Assembly (NCBI GenBank): GCA_937625935.1
Contig: OW569361.1
Coordinates: 434,001 to 498,000 of the forward strand
Direction: 5' to 3'
Length of the DNA stretch: 64,000 nt
From: Tetramitus jugosus
Lineage: Eukaryota > Protista > Heterolobosea
The notes beneath the pieces are model-generated. The model had not been told where the DNA came from. It saw only the letters and a program-made list of their open reading frames with translations, and did not search any database. The position numbers and the translations under genes were made by a program. This document shows positions 11,842 through 21,504 of this stretch, one piece after another. How positions within the stretch are numbered: position 1 is the stretch's first letter; each line of letters opens with the position of its first letter.

Positions 11842-12653
11842 CTCAAATGTATTTTAATGTTGTTTCTGCTGAACCTAACGAATGCTTGTTTGTTGTTTTG
11901 TTTATGTGGATGATGATATCTTTCTCAATTAAATAGTGGTCCTGGTTGGAATGGACAATGTCACATCAAAAATATAAAAAGTGCTTGGCGCAGCTCCAAC
12001 ATGACAACCAGAGTCATAAATTTAGCGACATGAACGAAGCGAAGTCCTATTTTTTGGCAACAAGGTATTTTTTGTAAAGTGCTTGATTTTTATTGTTGTT
12101 CACCTGATTTTGCTCTCTTCGTGAGTGTGTCACTCTTCGTGGTGTGTTTTTCATCCTTGTTCTCAGGTTGAGATGGATATCCTTGTTCTTGTTTCACAGG
12201 TTGTAATCTCGTCATGTGGTCGAAGAGCAAGTCTCTTTCAAATTTAACGTTTTTATGCATCTTGGTTGTCTGGTGGTGATTGGATTGCTACACTTCGTGA
12301 GTTATTTCCTTCAATTTCCAACGAAAGGGTTTCTTCGAATTTCGGTAATTTTGCCCTGCGAACAAGGCTCTCTATTAACGATCTCGTTGATAGTGGACTA
12401 TTTACCTACTTACTGTTTTCAATGCGTGGCTAGGGGAAAGGACTGTTCTGAACACTGGTCAGACCAAGAATGGAAACGAGGAAAGGAGTATTTGTTATTT
12501 CTGACCTAAGACCCGATTCCTTTTCATCTATAATACCTCTTTATGTGAGGAGTGTTTACAATTGTTTGTGATATAAATCTCAACCTTGTTTGTTGTTAGT
12601 TGGCTTCTGGTTTCCAGGAACAAAACAAAGAAACCATAAAACAACACTTCAGA

Positions 12654-14027
12654 ATGACCTCTTCTCACCTGACTGGCTCTAAACGAACCACTCTGGTTCT
12701 CCTGTCGGTTGCCTTACTACTGGTAACCCTTCTCACCAACTCGGCTGTTCTCGGAGATCCTGCCTCTCCGGCAATGCTCCAACGACTTCTCGCAAATATG
12801 AAGCCTAGCAAAGACTCTTGGGGTTGCATCAATTTTACTCCCTATGTCCATGGTTACAATCCTGACTATGGTCCTCATCCGCCACCAGAGTTAATTGATG
12901 AATTGCTCAACATTCTGGTCGAACAAACCAACTTTCGATGTATTCAAACATATGGAGTTTTGAACAATCTGACATACACTTTTGAAGCAGCCAAGAAGAG
13001 AAATCTCAAAGTAATTGCAGTGATTTGGTTAGAACCGGAAGTAGCCGCTGATGGAGCTCTTACAACGACCAATTCTCCTTCGATTGAACTTGGAATCGAA
13101 ATGGCCAAGAAGTACGTTGACACTATTATTGGTATTAGTTGCGGATCTGAGATGCGTGTCAGAAATCCCTTGGCAATTGCCAATCCTCCCATCCTTCACT
13201 GCATTGAACAAGTTAAGGCTGCAAAAGTAGAACAACCATTGACTTCCAATGACTACTACTGGTTCTGGTGCGATGCGGCTACTCCTTGTCGTCCGTGGAG
13301 TGCAGTAGCCAACTTGGTTGACTATGTAGCCATCAATGCGTTCCCTTGGTGGGAAAACAAACATGCTCCTCAGTGTGTACCTGCTACTGCTGCCCCTCAG
13401 ATGCACCTCGACATGTACAACCAAGTCGTGAATACATATCCTGGTAAACCAGTGATTATCAGCGAATTTGGATGGCCTGGTGGCCCTGAAGGATACAGTG
13501 AGATTAACGAGTTCACGAGTCAACCTTGCACTGGTGTTGCAAGCGAGGGCAATCAAAACTATGTGATGGAACAGTCCATGATCCAGTTCAAACAACATGA
13601 TGTGCATGCTATTGCTTTCTGTGCCTTCAGAGAAACTTGGAAGGTAGAAGAAGGAGATATGGCTGCTTATTGGGGCATATGCACCAACGCACCTCCCTAC
13701 AAGTGTAAACGCTTGTTCGATTACAATGGAATGCCCTCGACTGTTCCCGATAGCTACAATGGAAATTCTACTTGGTGGGGAGAGATTCCTGCACATTCAG
13801 AGTCTTCTGGTCCTCCTCCTACCTTGTCAACGAACCCAACGACATCCTCACCAGCAGTGTCGTCATCATCTGATACGAAACCCCAAGTATCAAGCAAAGA
13901 AAGTAGTAAGCACGGAGGAACGATAGAGCCACATGTATCCACGAGCACAGCTCACAGAAAAGAAGTGAAGACGCTATTGGTTTCCCTTTTTGTGGCTCTT
14001 GTGTCATTTATCTATCATTTATTCTAG
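12654..14027 (+). CDS. GPI-anchored GH17 beta-1,3-glucanase/transglucosylase (Bgl2-like)
   Basis: Signal peptide from ATG 12654; INFTPY, CIQTYG, GISCGSE, INAFPWWE, KPVIISEFGWP, AFRETWK, YWGI; Ser/Thr stalk and hydrophobic tail. Confidence 0.85.
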   Translation: MTSSHLTGSKRTTLVLLSVALLLVTLLTNSAVLGDPASPAMLQRLLANMKPSKDSWGCINFTPYVHGYNPDYGPHPPPELIDELLNILVEQTNFRCIQTYGVLNNLTYTFEAAKKRNLKVIAVIWLEPEVAADGALTTTNSPSIELGIEMAKKYVDTIIGISCGSEMRVRNPLAIANPPILHCIEQVKAAKVEQPLTSNDYYWFWCDAATPCRPWSAVANLVDYVAINAFPWWENKHAPQCVPATAAPQMHLDMYNQVVNTYPGKPVIISEFGWPGGPEGYSEINEFTSQPCTGVASEGNQNYVMEQSMIQFKQHDVHAIAFCAFRETWKVEEGDMAAYWGICTNAPPYKCKRLFDYNGMPSTVPDSYNGNSTWWGEIPAHSESSGPPPTLSTNPTTSSPAVSSSSDTKPQVSSKESSKHGGTIEPHVSTSTAHRKEVKTLLVSLFVALVSFIYHLF

Positions 14028-14074
14028 ATAGACATCGCTGTCAATTGATTGGCATTGAATAAAACCAAAATGAT

Positions 14075-17000
14075 TTAGTCAGATTCTATCCATTTCTGCA
14101 AGTCTAACTTTGCTTCGGAGAGGGTCAACCGATTCAATTTGGATGATTCGAGCTTGTTCTTGCACATTGGACATTGGGAATTGTTCCTCTCGAGTAGTTG
14201 GATCATGTAGGAGTGTATGGCTGGGAATTCGCAACTTGGGCAGTTACACCAATCGTCAAGTACCATGTGTTGAGCTGTAGCAATGCAGTATGGAATATCT
14301 TCCTTACAGTTCGTGCAAGTTGTTTCCCAGCAATCCATGTCAGCTCCACAATTAGGACAAGGAGAGGTTTGGACAGGTTCATTCTCATCGACACCTTTTC
14401 GTTTTCGCACAATAATAGTCATCATCTTCTTGTGCTTCTCTTCAATTTGAGATCGATACTCAGGACGGCAGAGCACACTTGCGTATTCAAAAGCTGATCT
14501 TTTCAGATCCGCTTTATAGCACTGAACCACAGTTGATGTCAAGATTCGCACAATGTGTTTAGGGAATTTGGAAGCATTCTTGGCTATCCGAAGCAACACT
14601 CTTGCCGATAAAAGTTGTGGTTGAAGCTGTGTTAAATCCTTAACACAAATGTACGAGTGAAGCAGCATCAATGAATTCTTCAAATCTGAAGGTATATGAA
14701 TTTGCCTCTTCAATAACTGCCTGATTACATCAAACACAATCGAATGAGCTACTTGATAGTTTCCAATTTCCCATTGTTGTTTGCATATGTCAGAGGCAGT
14801 CCGACTGGCTTGTTCAAAATTTCCGAGAGCCATGTACATCCTGAATATGTGTTTCGAGTTTTTGGCGACACCATCAACATTGCCCATCAAGTAATCAACC
14901 ATTTGATGAATGAGTTGATCCTTGTCATTTTGACCAACCAGATCAATTGCCTTGTTAATAGAATCCTCTGTTCCACTCTGCAAGTATAAATTGACTGCCC
15001 GTTCAGGATCTTCGCTCTGCGCATAGTAATCGCCCGCCTTGTCGAATTGCCCTCTTCCTTCAAAGTGAGACGCTATTAACCGCAATTGCTCTCTTGAAGG
15101 ATTCGTGGTACACATTGCATAGGTGTCCATCTCATCTTGTGTTTGTGCTATTTGGAATGCTTCTTTCGGTTTATCTGCAAGTACCAAAAACTCCACAGCT
15201 CTCTTGAAATTCTTCCTCTCGATACAATATTGGGCGATGAGAGCAGCACCCTCTGTTGATTTGGAGTTTCTGACGATTTCGATAGCTAAACCGGCATTTC
15301 CTAGATGACTTAAGTTTAACCGCACAACCGATATCCAATCACCTGCTCTTTGATAGGCTTCAGCCGCTTCTGTATATTTTCCTTCCTTTTCTCTTGATTG
15401 GGCAAACAACGTGAGGAGTTTCGGATTTTGAATTTGTTTCATTAATGGAGCAGCCTTCGAGAAATTCTTGATATTAATCAGAATTTCAGCAGCTTTCTCA
15501 AACATCTCGGCTTTCTTATAAAGTTCTGCTGCCTCGACCCAACTCTTGGATTCAACCAAAATGGCAGCACATTCTCTACAGAGTCTTTTTGATCCGTTCT
15601 CCATCGCCATCTTGAATCCTTGGGAAATATTTCCCATTCTGATCAAGCATCGCGAAAGTCCATCATATGCAGTGGGTGTTGAGAGAGACTCGTACAACTC
15701 CATTGCTTTCCTAAATTCGCCCTTAAGTTCGAGTTGGGATGCATATTCCTGCGAAATAATTGATATCTGATCCTCTTTGCCCAACTTTTTAGCTAGTTCC
15801 AAGGCTCGGTCCCAATTCATCAAGTCTCTTCTCATTTCAAGGGCTAAGTGTTGTTGACTAGAAAGCAAAAATCTGGATTCTGCTTCCGAGAAATTCTTGT
15901 CGATAACTGCTAAATGACCCAGTATTAAATTGAGTTCATCCACGTTGAGCAACTTTTCTAGAGTCATAACCATTCTAGCATCCTCCAGAACTCTAAAAAC
16001 TCTAATGGCCATCTCTAAATCCAGTAGCTCTAATGCTTTTTGAGAGACCTTGATCCATGATTCTCGCTTATTGATTAAGTTGGCTAGTGCCCAAGCCTCT
16101 TCAAAATTATGTAGTGAAAGAGAAACATCTAGCTTATCATTCAACAAAGTTGGTGTTGATGCCTTTCTTGCCATCAATTCATTTGTCGAAAGCACGAAGG
16201 TAACGGGTGTTCCGCTTGGTTGATGGCATGTTACTCGTCCATCGTTCAAGAGAACTGGTAAGTATCTCTCGGGAATCTCTGTTTTAAAAAGGAGATCTGG
16301 ATTGCGAACATCTCTAATAGAGAAACATTTTGGACCATATCTAGTGTCGGCATACTTGTATTCAGTCACCATCCCTGGTGAGCATGCAATAAATCGAGAT
16401 TGATCAGCACTGTCCCACAAAATCTTGTCTACGTTACCTGTCAATTTTTCTACTAATATTACATGGTCATTGACAGGATTGTAAACATAGGCTTGATGAG
16501 TTTCATCAAACACGACAAGCTTTGTACCCAACATATTAGGGAAGATGTGAGTGATTGGAAGTTCTCCATCAAGTCTGCTTTCACTCACAAATACTTGATC
16601 AAATAGAGAGTAATAGTGTATAGACCCTCTATTGGTGCCGTAGATTAAAAAGTCAGGGGTAATACTGAAGGAATTAATAATATCGTCGTCAATTTCGGGG
16701 AAGCCACGATCCTCAGTTTTTGTGCCATTCGCATCTTTTGGTTCGATCTCAATTAAGATAACTCTTCCTCCTGTCATAATTGCGGCGAATTCGTATCCAA
16801 CTTCTACCTTCTCTACAGTACCTCTCACTTCTCTCTCGGCAATCAACTTTCCCTCGAGATCATAAAACCAGACACGATTGTTCATACCAACTGCACAATA
16901 ACGATCTCCCATGCTACAAAGAGTGGGTTCGATCTCAGTTTCAAACTTTGTGATACATTTGTTGGTAGTTGTGTCGGTGATAGAAAACTCTCTCAAACCT

Positions 17001-18103
17001 GTGAGATGAAGTATCTTGGTGTAGTGGGCATCGCATAACATAGGTATGGAAGTTAAAAAGTTGTAAACATTTCCGTTGGCCGATGCTACTGTTAATATTT
17101 GTCCATCAGGAGTCCATTGAAGATCTATTAAAGTTCCATATTCATTATTCAAATCAACTTTTTCGCTCTTTGACATATCGAGAGTCATATTGTACATATC
17201 AAATATTCGAACCTCACTGCCTCCAATACAAGCACCCTTGTTGAGGGCATCGCAGTATGCAACCTTTGTTACATCCTCAATCATCTTAGAAGTACTGAGC
17301 TCATTACCAATCTCATCCATGTGTGTACTGATCACAACCACATGTCCTGAACGAAAGCCAATCAAAATATACCCATCTCCAAACCAAGTGTGACTAGAGA
17401 TTGTTCCAAATTCAGCCCTAAACTCCAACTCTAATGGATGTTCATCCGGTGTATCGGAATCAAAAATCCATAGTGACTTTCCATCCAAGATAGCAGAGAG
17501 TGTCGTGTCTACAGATTTCAATGAATCTGATCGCTTGATCCTTGAAAATTTGATATCTTGTGGTGATCTAGATGTTGGCTTTTGACTCAAGGTTTCTCCT
17601 TGCTCATTACTCAGGGTAATATTTAAATCATCAGAGCATAGGGCTAGAATATTCTTCGAGTTCCATGCTCCATCCGTAATTTTCTTTGAATGCTTTCCCT
17701 TGATAGGCAACATTTTCATTGTTTTTAGATTGTATAAGACGAGGGAACCCTTGGAACTACCTAGAGCTAGAATCTGTCCTTCAAGTGACCATTTCATAAA
17801 TGAAAGATCCTTCAAGTTGGTCTCGATGGAATCTATTTTTCTCGTGTTCAAGTCAAAGAAGAACACCTCTGAAGAATTCTTCTGTATCACAGCTAGAACC
17901 TCTCCTAAAGAGTCCCACTCCATGCCAATAACTTGACCAGAAGCTTGCAGAGATAGGGTAGACATAATTTTTCCTTGTCTTGTGTAGATTAGAACTCTCC
18001 TGTTCGCACCCACCATGGCCAAGTGAGTAGCAGGAGCGTTCCAGCCAATGTACACTTGACCTCTGCCCAAAGTGGTTGCCTGAATCGTAAATAGAGACTT
18101 CAT
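14075..18103 (-). CDS. IFT144: Intraflagellar transport protein 144 (WDR19)
   Basis: 1342 aa, intronless; WD40 (IKGKHSKKITDGAW, WFGDGYILIGFRSG), TPR region (ALEMRRDLMNWDRALELA), LMLLHSY, SKFPKHIVRILTSTVVQC, C-terminal Zn-finger CPNC..PYCIATAQHM..CPSC. Confidence 0.97.
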   Translation of the reverse strand: MKSLFTIQATTLGRGQVYIGWNAPATHLAMVGANRRVLIYTRQGKIMSTLSLQASGQVIGMEWDSLGEVLAVIQKNSSEVFFFDLNTRKIDSIETNLKDLSFMKWSLEGQILALGSSKGSLVLYNLKTMKMLPIKGKHSKKITDGAWNSKNILALCSDDLNITLSNEQGETLSQKPTSRSPQDIKFSRIKRSDSLKSVDTTLSAILDGKSLWIFDSDTPDEHPLELEFRAEFGTISSHTWFGDGYILIGFRSGHVVVISTHMDEIGNELSTSKMIEDVTKVAYCDALNKGACIGGSEVRIFDMYNMTLDMSKSEKVDLNNEYGTLIDLQWTPDGQILTVASANGNVYNFLTSIPMLCDAHYTKILHLTGLREFSITDTTTNKCITKFETEIEPTLCSMGDRYCAVGMNNRVWFYDLEGKLIAEREVRGTVEKVEVGYEFAAIMTGGRVILIEIEPKDANGTKTEDRGFPEIDDDIINSFSITPDFLIYGTNRGSIHYYSLFDQVFVSESRLDGELPITHIFPNMLGTKLVVFDETHQAYVYNPVNDHVILVEKLTGNVDKILWDSADQSRFIACSPGMVTEYKYADTRYGPKCFSIRDVRNPDLLFKTEIPERYLPVLLNDGRVTCHQPSGTPVTFVLSTNELMARKASTPTLLNDKLDVSLSLHNFEEAWALANLINKRESWIKVSQKALELLDLEMAIRVFRVLEDARMVMTLEKLLNVDELNLILGHLAVIDKNFSEAESRFLLSSQQHLALEMRRDLMNWDRALELAKKLGKEDQISIISQEYASQLELKGEFRKAMELYESLSTPTAYDGLSRCLIRMGNISQGFKMAMENGSKRLCRECAAILVESKSWVEAAELYKKAEMFEKAAEILINIKNFSKAAPLMKQIQNPKLLTLFAQSREKEGKYTEAAEAYQRAGDWISVVRLNLSHLGNAGLAIEIVRNSKSTEGAALIAQYCIERKNFKRAVEFLVLADKPKEAFQIAQTQDEMDTYAMCTTNPSREQLRLIASHFEGRGQFDKAGDYYAQSEDPERAVNLYLQSGTEDSINKAIDLVGQNDKDQLIHQMVDYLMGNVDGVAKNSKHIFRMYMALGNFEQASRTASDICKQQWEIGNYQVAHSIVFDVIRQLLKRQIHIPSDLKNSLMLLHSYICVKDLTQLQPQLLSARVLLRIAKNASKFPKHIVRILTSTVVQCYKADLKRSAFEYASVLCRPEYRSQIEEKHKKMMTIIVRKRKGVDENEPVQTSPCPNCGADMDCWETTCTNCKEDIPYCIATAQHMVLDDWCNCPSCEFPAIHSYMIQLLERNNSQCPMCKNKLESSKLNRLTLSEAKLDLQKWIESD

Positions 18104-18199
18104 TTTTGATCAAGGTTCTATGGTTCTTTCAAACAAGAGGAAGGTGAAAAGTGTTTGAGTGATTAGAGCGACAAACTACTTGCAGTAAATTTGGCTGAT

Positions 18200-18213
18200 C
18201 GGCGCCAAATTTT
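18200..18213 (-). promoter_or_regulatory. E2F-like motif AAAATTTGGCGCCG about 100 bp upstream of IFT144
   Basis: Same core as at 8387 and 32254; part of a 9-bp inverted repeat (AAATTTGGC 18187-18195 / GCCAAATTT 18204-18212). Confidence 0.45.
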
Positions 18214-18224
18214 CATCCCCGACA

Positions 18225-18495
18225 ATCCCATGGTTGCATGCTGATAATGAACGAATCCGTCCATCTGAGCACTCAGCGTTGGCATTCTAGCTTTCGTTTC
18301 TGGGTTGAATAGATATGTCGGTTTCTGGAATAGTAGCTCTGCATCAGGTTTTCTGGGTTCGTTAGTGCCACCTAAGTTCATCTGGACGAATTAGAATAGA
18401 TAACCACCTTCTCAAACAATCTTTATCATCGATGTTGTCAATATTTGATACTTCTTTCCACCAAGCTAGCTTCAATGTCCAAGTCATGCAGCTTG
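18225..18495 (-). pseudogene. Internally deleted remnant of a paralogue of the CYTH-like gene at 36387-37283
   Basis: Four collinear blocks match the intact gene: HDLDIE/PDLNID, KEVSNID/KEVPNIE, ATCTATT..ATGAACTTAGGTGG (MNLGG), MDGFVHYQHAT/MDKYIYYQHAT. Frameshifts and large gaps lie between the blocks. Confidence 0.7.
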
Positions 18496-18610
18496 TTTCG
18501 TGTTTCTAAATGTTTTGTAATCGTGTTTGGCGATCTTCCAATGTTTATTCAAGTGTTACGAACACACATGGGAACCTGGGATGTTGAACAGAATTGCTTC
18601 CTTTACTAGA

Positions 18611-19397
18611 TTAACAACTGTTGTATTGTCTATCACCAGCATCACCCAATCCAGGTACAATATAGCCCTTTTCATTCAATGCCTCATCAATTCCAGCGCA
18701 ATAAATCTCAACATCGTCATAAGTGTTCACAATCTTCTCAATTCCGACGTGACTGGCCAAAATGCACATAAATTTGACGTGCTTGACACCCCATTCCTTC
18801 ATTCTTCGAATAGTAGCAATCGCAGTACCACCAGTGGCCAACATTGGATCCAAAATAAGTGCAATATCACAGTCACATGTGCATGGAAGCTTCTTGTAAT
18901 ACTCCACAGGCTCCAACGTCTCTTCATCTCTTGCCAAACCAACATGTATCACTCTTGCTTCTGGCAAAACACTCAAAAATCCCTCAACCATGCCCAATCC
19001 AGCTCTCAACACTGGAACGAGAGCCAATTTTGGCTTAATTCTCTGCACTTGACAGGAGCACAATGGAGTTTCAATAGACTTGGTCTCCAACTCCAAGTTG
19101 CGTGTGCATTCATAGGACAGCAACACACCAATCTCAGAAATGAGCTTTCTAAACTCCTTTGGACTAGTGTTCTATCATCATTATCATACAACATGCATAT
19201 ATCAATATTTATCAATATTTTGTTGTTTCGAATGTGTGGAGAGGGAAAACTCCAAAAAAAACTCAAAAGAAAGCTTTGATATCATGATAGCTACTTACAG
19301 TGTTACGCAACTGAGCCACCTTATCAGCAATGAGTGGGTGCTTGCTGTAGTGAACATTTGGGAATTGAGCGACAAAGTCGTCAGTCTTTTGAGTCAT
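18611..19397 (-). CDS. upp: Uracil phosphoribosyltransferase (bacterial Upp-type)
   Basis: Exons 19299-19397 and 18611-19171 (intron GTAAGT..TAG). HPLIADK, PKEFRKL, LVPVLRAGLGM, RDEETLEPVEYY, LDPMLATGGT, YIVPGLGDAGDR. Confidence 0.93.
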
Positions 19398-19689
19398 TGT
19401 AGGTAGGGAGCACATGTTGTCGACTAGAGAGAGAGATGAACGAAAGAGAATCCTGGTTTGTTGCTTTGCTTTTTGAACCACACAAGTGCAACCTTGAAGA
19501 GACCCAGGTTGCAATTTGAGCGGGTCGGGTTATCGGTGAAAATTATTTGGCCGCTTCGAGGCGAAAAAAAGATAATATTCTCTATTATTCTCCCAGCACT
19601 TTCAGACGAAAACCGCCGCTGCAAAACACAATTTGAACAGACTTGTTTGAACTCACGGTTGACCATCTCTGTTTGTCTCTCAAGCCAAC

Positions 19690-21480
19690 ATGGATAGCCA
19701 CAATGAAAGCTTAACACAGACTCTGTCGAGAGCTCTGTCTCAAGAAGTTCACGAGTGTGCCATCTGCATTGACCCTATTCTCCAGAAGCAACAGATCTGG
19801 AGTTGCTCCGTCTGCTATGGCGTCATGCACTTGCCTTGCGTCAACAGGTGGGCCATTGCTCAAGTTGAAGCTTCCTCTTCCAAGCACATTCATCATCTTC
19901 GAACCAATGTTGTTGAATATAGTTGGAAGTGTCCTCTGTGCATGAGTGAGTGCAATGATCCCTTGCCTCTTGTTTCTCGTTGCTATTGTGGTAGTCAGAT
20001 GATTCAAGAAGTCCATAGCAATAAGACTCACCAGCATCATCGTCACCACCAACAGCAACAACAGCAACATGATCGCAAAGAGTTCAAGGGTCACAGTTGC
20101 ATGCAAGCTTGTCAACGACGTAAAAAGTGCGGCCACTTGTGTATTCATGAGTGCCATCCAGGTCCATGCCCCAGTTGCGACACTGTTCTCATCAAGTCGT
20201 GTCACTGTGGTAGAACAAGTGTTCAAGTCAAGTGCGGTGATGAAGAAAAAGATTCACAGAGCGATCAGATCAACGGCAGTGAGAAACAGAGCACTTCCTG
20301 GGCTTGTTGCGACCAAGTTTGTGACAAGGTGTTGATATGCGGCAGACACAGGTGCACTACAGTTTGTCACAGTGGATCCTGCAAGAGATGCAATCAAAAA
20401 TTTGAACAAATGTGCTTCTGTGGCAAGAAGCGCGAGGTTCGATTTTGCCCCAAGAATCAACATGCTTGCGTGGATCGTGATACCAACTTGTTGCGATCCT
20501 TTTGTTGCAAAACTGTTTGTGGGAAGCAACTACAATGTGGACATGTTTGTCGAAGACTCTGTCACTCAGATCCTTGCGTCAGGGGTCAAGCAAGAAGCTT
20601 GGAATTGCTATCTGAGTATGACACTGAACAGACTGTTGTTGACCACGATCATGCAGCTGATAGTCAGAGAATACCTGGTTGTAAAATCATTTGTGATCGT
20701 ATTCGATCCAAATGCGGTCACAAGTGTGGTCACAGGTGCCATCCTAACGAGTCCAACTGCAATAAGCTTCATTGTGAGCAGTACGTTGAAGTGTTTTGTG
20801 ACTGTGAGAGAAGAAGCTGTTCAGTCAGATGTTCCGTATTCGAGAGCAAACAAAGAATAGCATCTCTTTTTGTTCAATGCGATGAAACATGTCACAAGAT
20901 TAAGCATATCAAGGAAATGGCCGCCAGTCGAAATGGCACTGTACCTGTACTACCACAGTACTCGGCCGATTTGCTATCCTTTGGCAAATTGAACCTAAAG
21001 TTCATCCATGAAATTGAGTCTGTGTTTGACAAGATTGTGGTTAATAGTCTGGATAGTTATCCATTTGATCCCATGCCACTGTGGAAGAGAATGTTTTTGT
21101 ATGAGTATGCCTCCCATTTTGAGTTGGAGCACTATGGGATCAAGTCCATATCAGCCTCTCTAAACATTCCATGTGTCTATAGAAAAGACACCTCGCACGT
21201 ACCTCTACTTCTACTGAGTGACTTTGTCACTGAATCAGAAGAGTATTTAATTGCCCAAGAACAAGTGAAACTGGCAAAGAAGCAAAAGAAACAAGAAACT
21301 CTCGACAATTATGCCAGGACCAAGAGAGAAAAGGTATCCATCACCATCCAGCCCACTGATCATACATACAAGAAGAATAGCAAAAAGGATGAACTGTGGA
21401 TCAGAAGAAACAACGTTCCAAAGACCCCACCACCAGAAGAACATTCGACATTCAATGTGTGGACTCTGCTGCAAGAATAA
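19690..21480 (+). CDS. NFX1: NF-X1-type zinc-finger protein (RING + NF-X1 repeats + R3H-like)
   Basis: CAIC..IWSCSVCYGVMHLPC..W..WKCPLC; repeated CGHxCxxxCHxGxC; FDPMPLWKRMFLYEYA. Confidence 0.85.
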   Translation: MDSHNESLTQTLSRALSQEVHECAICIDPILQKQQIWSCSVCYGVMHLPCVNRWAIAQVEASSSKHIHHLRTNVVEYSWKCPLCMSECNDPLPLVSRCYCGSQMIQEVHSNKTHQHHRHHQQQQQQHDRKEFKGHSCMQACQRRKKCGHLCIHECHPGPCPSCDTVLIKSCHCGRTSVQVKCGDEEKDSQSDQINGSEKQSTSWACCDQVCDKVLICGRHRCTTVCHSGSCKRCNQKFEQMCFCGKKREVRFCPKNQHACVDRDTNLLRSFCCKTVCGKQLQCGHVCRRLCHSDPCVRGQARSLELLSEYDTEQTVVDHDHAADSQRIPGCKIICDRIRSKCGHKCGHRCHPNESNCNKLHCEQYVEVFCDCERRSCSVRCSVFESKQRIASLFVQCDETCHKIKHIKEMAASRNGTVPVLPQYSADLLSFGKLNLKFIHEIESVFDKIVVNSLDSYPFDPMPLWKRMFLYEYASHFELEHYGIKSISASLNIPCVYRKDTSHVPLLLLSDFVTESEEYLIAQEQVKLAKKQKKQETLDNYARTKREKVSITIQPTDHTYKKNSKKDELWIRRNNVPKTPPPEEHSTFNVWTLLQE

Positions 21481-21504
21481 CTCCAGTTTCTTAATGTTAA
21501 TAAT

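Noticed and set aside
12100-12510. Possible further CYTH-family remnant in the GH pair spacer (STINEIV vs VTINELI)
   Set aside because: Similarity too short and weak to support.
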